From a virus, in IMG/VR virus record IMGVR_UViG_3300040758_000214, positions 32,001 to 96,000 of that record: a stretch of DNA of 64,000 nucleotides. One strand, written 5' to 3'. This document shows positions 20,634 through 29,537 of the stretch, piece after piece. The notes beneath the pieces are model-generated. The model made no database searches. It was not told the origin of the DNA and saw only the letters and a list, made by a program, of their open reading frames with translations. How positions within the stretch are numbered: position 1 is the first letter of the stretch; each line of letters opens with the position of its first letter. A program made the position numbers and the translations under genes.

Positions 20634-21362
20634 ATGGAGGATAGAAAACAAATGGAAAAGAAAGTGGTAAAAAAGGAAGTTAAGAAAGAAGTAAAGAAAC
20701 CTGTTCAAGAATCAAAAGAAATAGTTCTTGATAAAAAGGCTTTAGAATATGCTATTAGAAAAATGTTATTCTCCTCTATTTCTGAGAGTAAAATTCTAAG
20801 AGAAAAATTATCTTTTGATGACCATATTAAACTTTGCGAATGGACTACTAAACTTACTTATGAAAATTTAATCCTTGTTTATTTAGGTGAGAATCCTAAG
20901 TCTAAATTAAATGAACAAGATGCAGGTAAAATTAGAGATTTTGAAGGAAGAGCTAAAACCGCTATGAAATATGGCTTTGCTGGTCTTGCCGGTGGATATG
21001 GTATTAAAAAGGCTGCTGGTAAAATAGGTGTTGCATCTAAACTTCCTGGTGCAACTAAAACTATTGGCGCAGCAATGTTGGCATTTTATATATTTAGAAA
21101 ATTTACAGATCCATGTTTTAGAAAATGTTTAGGTACAGGCACTTTAGGTGTAATGGGCAAGAAACATAAACTTTGTAAATATGAATGCCAAATTAATGCA
21201 ATAAAAACTGTATTAGGGCAGCTCAGAAGTCAAAAGAGTGTATGTGCTAAAACTCATAATCCAGAAAAGTGCCTAAGGCAATTATCTAAGCTCGAAATTA
21301 AATGGGCTAAAAAATTACAAGAAACTTTAGCTAAATTTAATGAAACCCGTGCAAAGATATAA
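20634..21362 (+). CDS. Cys-rich family A paralog
   Basis: LDKKALEY; KYG.AG.AGG; DPC..KC...PEKC. Confidence 0.75.
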   Translation: MEDRKQMEKKVVKKEVKKEVKKPVQESKEIVLDKKALEYAIRKMLFSSISESKILREKLSFDDHIKLCEWTTKLTYENLILVYLGENPKSKLNEQDAGKIRDFEGRAKTAMKYGFAGLAGGYGIKKAAGKIGVASKLPGATKTIGAAMLAFYIFRKFTDPCFRKCLGTGTLGVMGKKHKLCKYECQINAIKTVLGQLRSQKSVCAKTHNPEKCLRQLSKLEIKWAKKLQETLAKFNETRAKI

Positions 21363-21897
21363 ATCAATAAAGTCATTTATATTAGAGACAATTTCTAAGA
21401 GTAAAATATTACGAAAGAAATTGTCTCTATCAGAACATCTAAAATTGTATAAATGGGCTACACAATTAAATGAAGATCAACTATGTGATTATTTATTTGA
21501 ATCTAATCATATTCCTAATTACACAGTTCAAAAAATTTTAGATGTAGGATTGGCTGCTGCAGTAATAGCACCTATTCCTGGGAGTGAATGGTTATTTTTA
21601 GCTGTAAGATATTTAGAAGAAAATTTTAGTAAACAGTGTTTGAAAAAATGTGAATCAAGAAAACATGAAAAGCAAATTTGCTATTGGAGCTGTCATCTGG
21701 ATTCAATAATTAAAGTTAGAACAATTATAGAACAAGAATATAATAAATGTCGTTATGAACCATTAGAAAAATCAAAAAATAAATGTTTTAAAAAACTAGG
21801 ATATTTATTAGGTAGATGGAAAGATAGAGAATTAAAAATTAAAAATAAAGTAGATATAATGCAAAGAATGAAAGTCATTAATAGACTACGGAGATAA
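21340..21897 (+). CDS. Cys-rich family A paralog (divergent)
   Basis: SKILRKKLSLSEHLKL..W shared with 20634/20052; six-Cys C-domain. Confidence 0.7.
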   Translation: MKPVQRYKSIKSFILETISKSKILRKKLSLSEHLKLYKWATQLNEDQLCDYLFESNHIPNYTVQKILDVGLAAAVIAPIPGSEWLFLAVRYLEENFSKQCLKKCESRKHEKQICYWSCHLDSIIKVRTIIEQEYNKCRYEPLEKSKNKCFKKLGYLLGRWKDRELKIKNKVDIMQRMKVINRLRR

Positions 21898-21902
21898 TCA
21901 TA

Positions 21903-22544
21903 ATGCAATTGTATAACAGAATATATGATTACATTAAAGACTATCAAAGTTTAGTATATGACACATATAGCAAACATGTAGTTGCATATCCTATTACATA
22001 TTATCATTTAGATATAACTACAGTTGTATGGGATGATAAGAACCTCATGGGCGGATACTATGAAAGGATTGGTGAATTATCAGGATTGAAATGGGATAAA
22101 ATATTATTGCTTCCTGTTTATTATACTGAAGAAATGATTGCTCAATGGAATGCTGAAGATATAGGTTATGTATCATTTACTGAAACTTATGCCATTATTC
22201 CTGAGACTTATGGATTTATACCTTATCCAAATGATGTAATAAAAATAGATCAATTGTATCAACCACAACCTGATAATAAATATACTATTTATACATGTAC
22301 TGGAGTTTCAAAAAGTACAACAGATAAAGTTTTTTATAAATTACATTTTGAGGTTGAACAATCTAGAACTCCAGCTGATATGGATTTACAATTATCAAAT
22401 ACTTATACATGGTTAGATTATACTAAAAAGATTCATACTTTAAATGATGCAACATTCTTAACAAATATGTTATCTAAAAATCAACAATTGAAGGAAAATT
22501 CAAAAATAAAGTATGATAAGAATGTAGGATATTATTTTTTATAA
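21903..22544 (+). CDS. putative virion structural protein (neck/head-closure-like)
   Basis: Structural operon context; beta-rich composition; family not firmly recognised. Confidence 0.4.
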   Translation: MQLYNRIYDYIKDYQSLVYDTYSKHVVAYPITYYHLDITTVVWDDKNLMGGYYERIGELSGLKWDKILLLPVYYTEEMIAQWNAEDIGYVSFTETYAIIPETYGFIPYPNDVIKIDQLYQPQPDNKYTIYTCTGVSKSTTDKVFYKLHFEVEQSRTPADMDLQLSNTYTWLDYTKKIHTLNDATFLTNMLSKNQQLKENSKIKYDKNVGYYFL

Positions 22545-22554
22545 GAAAGGAAAA

Positions 22555-22929
22555 GTGATGAACAAATTAATTTCATTATTTATTCTATTATTTATAATGG
22601 GATCTTATAATTTAGTTTATGCAATAGATGGATTTATATCTGCAGAAATTGATTCAGATGTTTATGGTAAACATTTAGCTCCAGATTTTCAAGGGCAATT
22701 AGGACAAGTGTTTGGTGATTATAGAATTTATGGAGCTTTTGAAAGATGTAATGAAACTCCAATATTTACTAATAGTGATGAACATTACAGACTTGGAATT
22801 GAATATAATCATTTTGATAACTTAAAATTAGAAGCTGGGCCTGGATTATATCACGGACGAGCTTTTTTATTTGGGAAAATTACATACTCATTTGATACAT
22901 CGAGGAAAGGAGATGCCAAAACTAAATAA
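22555..22929 (+). CDS. secreted protein, possible small outer-membrane beta-barrel
   Basis: Signal peptide (..VYA/ID), amphipathic beta strands, GKITYSF near the C-terminus. Confidence 0.5.
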   Translation: MMNKLISLFILLFIMGSYNLVYAIDGFISAEIDSDVYGKHLAPDFQGQLGQVFGDYRIYGAFERCNETPIFTNSDEHYRLGIEYNHFDNLKLEAGPGLYHGRAFLFGKITYSFDTSRKGDAKTK

Positions 22930-23263
22930 TTGGATTGATAAAATTTGTATTACTATATCTGATTTATTAGGAACTAATTTTTGTATATTTATATTTATAC
23001 TTATAGCATTTGTTCCTTTATATTATCAAACACCAAAAACAATATCAGAATGGCAAAATTGGTTAAGCCAAACATGTATTCAATTAGTCGCTCTTGCAGT
23101 ATTACAAAAAGGAACTAAAATTGAAGGTAATCGTACATATAATATGCAAAAAGAAACTCATGATACAGTAATGAATGAATTTGCTGAAGTTAAAGAAATG
23201 CATGAGTTCTTACTGAAAGAGATAAAAGAAACTAAAATATATTGTAAAGGATGCAAGAATTAG
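22913..23263 (+). CDS. DUF1003-like membrane protein
   Basis: WIDKI...GT..CIFIF; WLSQ..IQLVAL; ATG at 22913 preceded by purine-rich GAGGAAAGGAG. Confidence 0.55.
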   Translation: MPKLNNWIDKICITISDLLGTNFCIFIFILIAFVPLYYQTPKTISEWQNWLSQTCIQLVALAVLQKGTKIEGNRTYNMQKETHDTVMNEFAEVKEMHEFLLKEIKETKIYCKGCKN

Positions 23264-23308
23264 CAACAAACTATCCTTAGTATTTTTATAAAATTTATTC
23301 GATTTGCT

Positions 23309-23492
23309 ATAGGTATTTCTTGATGTATTTTTAACATTTTAGTTATAGCAACAAACTAAAATAGAATAAAGAAGTAACATATCATTAAATGTTTGTTGTT
23401 CAAAAATATGTACTAAAATATAAAATCGTACGTTTTTCCATAGGCGTTTCTTGATTTATTTTTAACATTTTGAATTTAGCACACAACTAAAA
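23309..23492. repeat. imperfect 53-bp direct repeat (23309-23361 and 23440-23492)
   Basis: 43/53 identical by manual alignment; partial third copy TAGCAACAAACTA at 23261-23273. Confidence 0.8.
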
Positions 23493-23517
23493 ATATTTTT
23501 AGAGGTTAAAGACCAAA

Positions 23518-23694
23518 ATGAGTAAATTTAAAACAATTGTTGAGGCTTTAATTGCATCATCAAATTATATACTAAGAGACATAGAAATTACTGATGATAA
23601 GATAGTTGCCGATTCTGGTAAAAAAGTTATTGCTAAAATTGAACTTGCAGTTGACACTCTTTTAAAAATAAGAAAAGAAGATAAGGATAAATAA
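23518..23694 (+). CDS. small hypothetical protein (58 aa, not in ORF track)
   Basis: AGAGG RBS, ATG at 23518, MSKFKTIVEALIASS...KDK*; stop 3 nt before the gp6-like start. Confidence 0.6.
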   Translation: MSKFKTIVEALIASSNYILRDIEITDDKIVADSGKKVIAKIELAVDTLLKIRKEDKDK

Positions 23695-23697
23695 ATA

Positions 23698-26205
23698 ATG
23701 GCAAGTACTCCTACGACTGACACACAGACCAGTATTTCTAATCAAGTATATTTATCCCGTGATAATATCCGTAATCAAATAATTGAATTAGCTCAAACTT
23801 ATCTAGATTTAAAAGATGTTGATTTAACAAAGTCTTCTTTCTTATCTTTTATAATTAATGTAATGTCTACATTAACATCCAATCTTTTATTTTATGAAGC
23901 AAGTGTATTTAGAGAATTCTTTTTAACGCAAGCACAGCTTCCCTCATCGGTATTAAATTTATCGACCTTTATAGGATATACACCAAAACTTGCATCGTAC
24001 TCAGTGGCAGAATTATTGGTTACAGTACCATTAACTTTTGATAGTTCTAATATAACTTTTGATATTCCATCTCAATTTAATTTTTATGCAAATGATTTAA
24101 CCTTTCAAACATATTTTGATTCTTTAGTTACTGTAACCAATAATAATTCTGCAACTATACTTTGCACTGAGAATAATAAAATATTTAATTTACCAGTATA
24201 TATAGATACAACATCTACAAATACTCTTTCATTTATATTACCTGTAAATCAATATCAAACTGTAGTTCAAGAATTTCAATTAGATTCTGACATACAGACT
24301 TATCAATTTGTCTCATTGGATGTTCCATTTTCAGGACAAATTGCAGATATTTTAGTTGAAGTAAATTATCCAAATAGTTTAGCATGGATTACATATACAC
24401 AATTTAATAGTTTATATTTAATGGCTGCTACAGATTTAGGATATACAATAAAAAGGACAACCTCTGGTGTAACATTGAATTTTGGAAATGGTTTAATTGG
24501 ATTCCAACCTATTCCCGGTTCTTCAGTAAGAGTTACTATTGAATTAACAGAAGGTGAAAATGGAAATGTAATTGCTGGTTCTATATCTCAAGGGGATAGA
24601 TTATATACTCAAAGTGATAATGTTACAGAATTGGTTAGTTATACAGTTTCTAATCCAACTTCATCTAGTGGCGGAGCAGATGAGGAATCTTCTGATCAAA
24701 TTAAATCAAATGCAATTAAAAATTTAGTATCTATGAATAGATTAGTTTCAGAAACTGACTATTTGTATGCAGATGTAGTATTACAAACTTCACCAATAAC
24801 TACACCATTTCCTGTATTAAAAAGATCAGATGTTAAAATTAATGAGATTCAATTATATAGTGCTATTAATTATTTAAGTGGAATAGTTCCTACAAGAAAT
24901 TTAGTTTATAATACAAATACTGGAAATTTAAATATTCCAAGAGGAACTATTATAAACGATAATGGAACTAATTTTTATACTTTATTTGATTTAAATGTAG
25001 ATTTAATAAATAGTTGTACTTATTATAATTATACAGTTTATCAAATTACTCAGGTTGTTTCATTATTATCAAGTTATGGATCTACATATAATTTAGTTGC
25101 AAATGCTTTAACGATTACTAAAAATTTAGATTCTTCTGTTACATTAGATTTAGGTTATCAATCTACAGAATCTGATTATCAAACTGCATCATGTACGATG
25201 ACTATTCAACAAGGAAATCTTAGTTATAGTTTTTCCAATGATTATAATAATAGCCAATTCACTTATACATTTCCATCTTATTTAAATGTACCTGATGGTA
25301 GCTTAACTTTTATTTTTACAATATCTCATAATAATACTACAATATCTCAGTATTCTGTTAATTCAATTATTAGACAAGATTTAAGTCAATTTATGTTATC
25401 CAATACTTTAATAGATGGAACAAGTGTTATTATATATGATATTCCTGGAATTGAACAAGATTATTATGATGACTTATCTACAGTTTCATCTAAAAGAGAT
25501 TTTGAATTAAATGTATTACAATCAATGTTAACTTCATTTAATTTCTCTAATTATAGAATGATGACAGATTTTACAAATATTAAATTTACAAATACATCTG
25601 GTTTAATGATGAATATGCAATTAAATACTACAACACAAAAAGATGTAAAAGATATTTATTTGACTGCAGTTCCTTCTAATCCAACTCTTGGTGATAGATA
25701 TATTGTAACAGGAGCAGAAGGTGGAGCATGGTCTGGACAAAATTGGACTATTGCTCAATGTATTCATACAAGCCCAACATCATGGTCATTCCAAACATGT
25801 TCTACAGATGATATAGTCTATGTTACAAATAAAGGATTAAAATATATTTTTAGTGAAGGAACTTGGGTTCTTCCAAATTATCAAATACCATTACAAATTT
25901 CATTAGAAGTATTTAGATCTCCAATTTATTTTGGTGGAGATAATGATTTAGCTAATGCAATCACAACTGCATTATTAACTGCATTTAGTTCTAGATTTGG
26001 ATCCAATATTGAATTATATAGATCCGAAATAATTTCAATTGTTCAATCCATAGATGGTGTAAACCATTGTAGATTAATTACTCCAGCTTCTAATATTTTC
26101 TTTAATTTTAGTATAGATAATTTTACTCAAGACCAATTATTAAATTATGGACCTGAATATGTATTCTTTACAGCAGATGATATTACAGTAAAGGTCATAC
26201 AATAA
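23698..26205 (+). CDS. baseplate wedge subunit (T4 gp6/baseplate J-like) with DUF2793-like insertion
   Basis: EFFLTQAQ..SV, FGNG..G..P, GGADEES..IK.NA, LVS..DY; internal P..GDRYIV..GAW segment. Confidence 0.8.
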   Translation: MASTPTTDTQTSISNQVYLSRDNIRNQIIELAQTYLDLKDVDLTKSSFLSFIINVMSTLTSNLLFYEASVFREFFLTQAQLPSSVLNLSTFIGYTPKLASYSVAELLVTVPLTFDSSNITFDIPSQFNFYANDLTFQTYFDSLVTVTNNNSATILCTENNKIFNLPVYIDTTSTNTLSFILPVNQYQTVVQEFQLDSDIQTYQFVSLDVPFSGQIADILVEVNYPNSLAWITYTQFNSLYLMAATDLGYTIKRTTSGVTLNFGNGLIGFQPIPGSSVRVTIELTEGENGNVIAGSISQGDRLYTQSDNVTELVSYTVSNPTSSSGGADEESSDQIKSNAIKNLVSMNRLVSETDYLYADVVLQTSPITTPFPVLKRSDVKINEIQLYSAINYLSGIVPTRNLVYNTNTGNLNIPRGTIINDNGTNFYTLFDLNVDLINSCTYYNYTVYQITQVVSLLSSYGSTYNLVANALTITKNLDSSVTLDLGYQSTESDYQTASCTMTIQQGNLSYSFSNDYNNSQFTYTFPSYLNVPDGSLTFIFTISHNNTTISQYSVNSIIRQDLSQFMLSNTLIDGTSVIIYDIPGIEQDYYDDLSTVSSKRDFELNVLQSMLTSFNFSNYRMMTDFTNIKFTNTSGLMMNMQLNTTTQKDVKDIYLTAVPSNPTLGDRYIVTGAEGGAWSGQNWTIAQCIHTSPTSWSFQTCSTDDIVYVTNKGLKYIFSEGTWVLPNYQIPLQISLEVFRSPIYFGGDNDLANAITTALLTAFSSRFGSNIELYRSEIISIVQSIDGVNHCRLITPASNIFFNFSIDNFTQDQLLNYGPEYVFFTADDITVKVIQ

Positions 26206-27314
26206 TGAATATATTACTTCAAAATGCTAATATTGATGATAGAAAATTAAAGTCATATCTCATTAATGTTGTAGCCAATGAATTGACTAATCTTTCTGAG
26301 CCATGTTATTTTCCGAAGTTAAAAGTCCATTATTTTCAAATTTTACATCTTTGTAATTTAACTGAAAATGAAGTAAAAGATTCAGTTCAAAGATTCTATA
26401 AAGACACCCCTATTATAGAAAAAGAGTGGAAACTCGAACAGAATGTTTATTCTACTTTATTAATTGCCTTAATGAGTTATTATCTAAATAAAAAAGATAT
26501 ACAAACATACAATTCTTTAATGTTATATTTTGTTGTAATGATGTATACTAATCTTATGTTAAGTCATATAAGATATTGTAATCCAGATATATTTAGATAT
26601 ACTTTAGAGCATTTAAATAAAACTCATTTATTTAGTAGAGAAAAAACTATATCAGGCGCATTATTTTTTATTGGTAGAGAAATGTCTAGAAGATATCCAA
26701 ATACATTTCAAGAGTTAAATGATCCAATGTTGGTTAGTAAATTCATAAGAGAGTGTAGACATAGAATTTCTCAAAGTGTTAAAAGTTTTAGAGAATTATA
26801 CTATAGAACTAAAGAAGAAGGAGTTGGATTTAAAAATCCAATGGAAGATGAAGAAGGAACTGAAATTAGTCCCATTGATAGAAAAGGTGAAGTTATAGAA
26901 AAAGTAGTAAAAAAAATAACCATGTATAAAGAAGTAGATAGGAAAGCCCTTGAAGATGCAAGAAAGATAACAAAAATACGAGAATCTTTAGCTACAATGA
27001 TAGTTCATGAATTATCCGATATAAAGTATTCCGATGATGTTAAGATGATCCTAGAACTATTTGTGAAGGATTTAAAGGATGTTAAATCTGTATGTGATAA
27101 AGAATTTTATAAGTATGTCCGGTCTCTAATGGCAATTAAAAAGACTCTACAAAAAGTATTTTTTAAACAACAAGTCGTTGTCTTACTTGAAAAAATATTT
27201 ACAAGATTAGATTATATGCAAGCCTTTCATAATTTTACTACACAAACTCAGTTCTTTATTTTATCCTTCCTTGCTTTTTATATCACCATAGTATTTAGAA
27301 ATTTTGTTTGTTAA
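26205..27314 (+). CDS. conserved jumbo-phage helical protein (putative virion protein)
   Basis: Long ORF coupled to gp6-like gene; function not recognised. Confidence 0.5.
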   Translation: MNILLQNANIDDRKLKSYLINVVANELTNLSEPCYFPKLKVHYFQILHLCNLTENEVKDSVQRFYKDTPIIEKEWKLEQNVYSTLLIALMSYYLNKKDIQTYNSLMLYFVVMMYTNLMLSHIRYCNPDIFRYTLEHLNKTHLFSREKTISGALFFIGREMSRRYPNTFQELNDPMLVSKFIRECRHRISQSVKSFRELYYRTKEEGVGFKNPMEDEEGTEISPIDRKGEVIEKVVKKITMYKEVDRKALEDARKITKIRESLATMIVHELSDIKYSDDVKMILELFVKDLKDVKSVCDKEFYKYVRSLMAIKKTLQKVFFKQQVVVLLEKIFTRLDYMQAFHNFTTQTQFFILSFLAFYITIVFRNFVC

Positions 27315-28852
27315 AATCTTGGTATATAATTCTGTACCTTGGTAATAGCTTTAGCAGAACTTACTACAGAATTTGCAGTTGATGTTGCTTCATTCACTAT
27401 TCCTTTTGCAGTATTCTCCGCTTCTTTAGCCACGCCTAATGCTGTTTTTTCCAATTCCCCGGGTATTGCAGTTACCTCATTTATTATTCCTTTAGCCTCC
27501 GCTATAGCACCTTGAACTGTTCCTTTAATTTCATTAATATTACTTTGAACTTCTGCAACAACTCCGGTTACTGTAGACCTTATATTTGCAATAGTTTGGT
27601 GCACATTAGAAATTACAGATCCTAAACTCACAGGTTGTTCTTGTTGCAATGTAGTAAAAGTACTCATATCAGAATTATTAATCCTAGAAGCTGAAGAAGT
27701 TTCTGTAGGAATAGTTGTAGGAGTATTTGATGGAGTTGTAGGTGTTGTATCAGTGGAATTAGTTATTATAGAATTAGTTTCGGAACTAAATTGAACATCC
27801 GGACTTTCTGCTCGAACTGTTCTTTTTTCTCTTAACACAGTTAAATATTGCCCTATGGAAGGTCTGTCTGGACTTTTACCTGTAATTAAACTTGTATATA
27901 ATGATTGGAATTCAATTCTTACATCTATCATTGTGGGTCTTTGATTATATGCAATCATATTTTCCATACCCAATTGCACCGATATTCCTGATATTGCAGC
28001 AGGATTCATAATAAATAAACCTTTACATTTAATATTACATAAAAATGGAAAACCATAAACATTATCCTCTTTTGCCATTTGAATTGGTGTGCCCAAAGTA
28101 AGAAGAGCTGCTAATGGTGCCAATAAATAATTTTCATGCATTTTATCATTTGCAGGAACTGGATTATGTAATCTTACAGTTATAGAAAATGTAGGTACAA
28201 AACTACTTCCCTTCCATACATGAGGGAAATCAATTCTATTTCCTGCCATTACTTCATCCATTAATGTTGTTACTCTTTCTGCTACTCCTTTATTTCCTAA
28301 TTGAGTTCCTAATTTTCCAATAAAATCGGTTGCCGATTGTTTAGCTCCTAATATTCCAGCCCCCAATGTTTTTGCAATTTCACCTTGTGACCCAGCCAAA
28401 GCCCCAGCTATTTTACTAACACCTTCAGATGCAGTTCTAGTTCCTGTCATAAAAGCTATTTCACTTGCTCCTTGTGATGCAACATCTGTAGACTTTTGTA
28501 AAAAACTTTCACCCCATTCATTATTTACAGATAATGAAGGAAAATTATCTGCTATAAATGCAATTTGAATTGGAAAATTAATTGAATATCCAACTTTTTC
28601 TAATTCCGCTTTATATTGTTCTTTAGCATCTTTTAAAGTAAATAAAGTTAAACCTTGCTGAAAGTTTGGAATACTTGGTATAATTTTTAATATTGGCATA
28701 GAATTCAAAATCATATTACTAGACATTTCATCTTGAGGGGGTAATCCAATAATTAATGGAACTTCAGCTCTTATAGTTTCTTTATTTGAAGATGTAGGAG
28801 CTTGACTTTTATTATTCTTAATTACTTTTGTACCTTGACTTGGTGTTGCCAT
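27311..28852 (-). CDS. tail tube initiator/baseplate cap-like structural protein with low-complexity C-terminus
   Basis: IDFPHVW..S.F...FSI.V.L, PFL, 'PTMIDVRIEF' tube-fold pattern; Thr/Pro linker and amphipathic repeats. Confidence 0.55.
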   Translation of the reverse strand: MATPSQGTKVIKNNKSQAPTSSNKETIRAEVPLIIGLPPQDEMSSNMILNSMPILKIIPSIPNFQQGLTLFTLKDAKEQYKAELEKVGYSINFPIQIAFIADNFPSLSVNNEWGESFLQKSTDVASQGASEIAFMTGTRTASEGVSKIAGALAGSQGEIAKTLGAGILGAKQSATDFIGKLGTQLGNKGVAERVTTLMDEVMAGNRIDFPHVWKGSSFVPTFSITVRLHNPVPANDKMHENYLLAPLAALLTLGTPIQMAKEDNVYGFPFLCNIKCKGLFIMNPAAISGISVQLGMENMIAYNQRPTMIDVRIEFQSLYTSLITGKSPDRPSIGQYLTVLREKRTVRAESPDVQFSSETNSIITNSTDTTPTTPSNTPTTIPTETSSASRINNSDMSTFTTLQQEQPVSLGSVISNVHQTIANIRSTVTGVVAEVQSNINEIKGTVQGAIAEAKGIINEVTAIPGELEKTALGVAKEAENTAKGIVNEATSTANSVVSSAKAITKVQNYIPRF

Positions 28853-28887
28853 TAATTTAATCTCCCATTTTTAAACATTTTCAAAAA

Positions 28888-28919
28888 AAAAATAAACCCG
28901 GTGAATTGGATTTATTTTT
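28888..28919 (-). terminator. intrinsic terminator after lipoprotein gene
   Basis: Minus strand aaaaataaatcc-loop-gggtttattttt followed by a T-run. Confidence 0.5.
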
Positions 28920-28937
28920 GAATATTATATTTTTTTG

Positions 28938-29462
28938 TCATTTGTGGTTGATTTCTTCTTTTTTTAATTCATCTATTACTTTATCTGCCAGTTGTGAAGT
29001 CCATTCTGCTAAATCTTTTTCAGATTCTTGAACCCAAGCTAATTCAGAATTGTATTTTTTAAAATTTTCTTTGGCTTGCATATATTCATTGCAATCATCT
29101 TTATATCCATACCATCCTTCTTTACATGCAACCCATCCTTCTAAATAATGTCTCTTCTGTATATATTCATTTAATTCATTAATCATATTAATATCTTCAT
29201 TTTCTTTTTCAACCAAAAGATCCATTAAAAATTTCTGAACTGCTATGTAATTATCGCCATATTGTTTTATATCTACTTGTGATTTAGGAGTTAATTCAAT
29301 GGAAAATCCTTTAGACATTGCATTACCTTTAATTATATCTTTCATAGTCGAAATATAAAGTTGACATTTTTCATGTTCTATTTTTGCTTTTTCTTCTTTA
29401 CTTTGCCCACATCCACATACTAAACATATTGTAATTATTCCAAATATTAATTTTCGTAACAT
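28938..29462 (-). CDS. putative lipoprotein
   Basis: Signal peptide with lipobox-like LVCGC. Confidence 0.7.
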   Translation of the reverse strand: MLRKLIFGIITICLVCGCGQSKEEKAKIEHEKCQLYISTMKDIIKGNAMSKGFSIELTPKSQVDIKQYGDNYIAVQKFLMDLLVEKENEDINMINELNEYIQKRHYLEGWVACKEGWYGYKDDCNEYMQAKENFKKYNSELAWVQESEKDLAEWTSQLADKVIDELKKEEINHK

Positions 29463-29504
29463 AATATATCTCCTTTATTATAAATTAATTTTAAATTCTT
29501 AGTA

Positions 29505-29518
29505 ATTAATATATATAG
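29505..29518 (-). promoter_or_regulatory. putative early promoter CTATATATATTAAT
   Basis: Exact motif copy upstream of the lipoprotein gene. Confidence 0.55.
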
Positions 29519-29537
29519 AAGATATAGATATAATGAT

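Noticed and set aside
23261-23492. CRISPR mini-array
   Set aside because: Only two degenerate 53-bp copies, no regular repeat-spacer period, and no cas genes.
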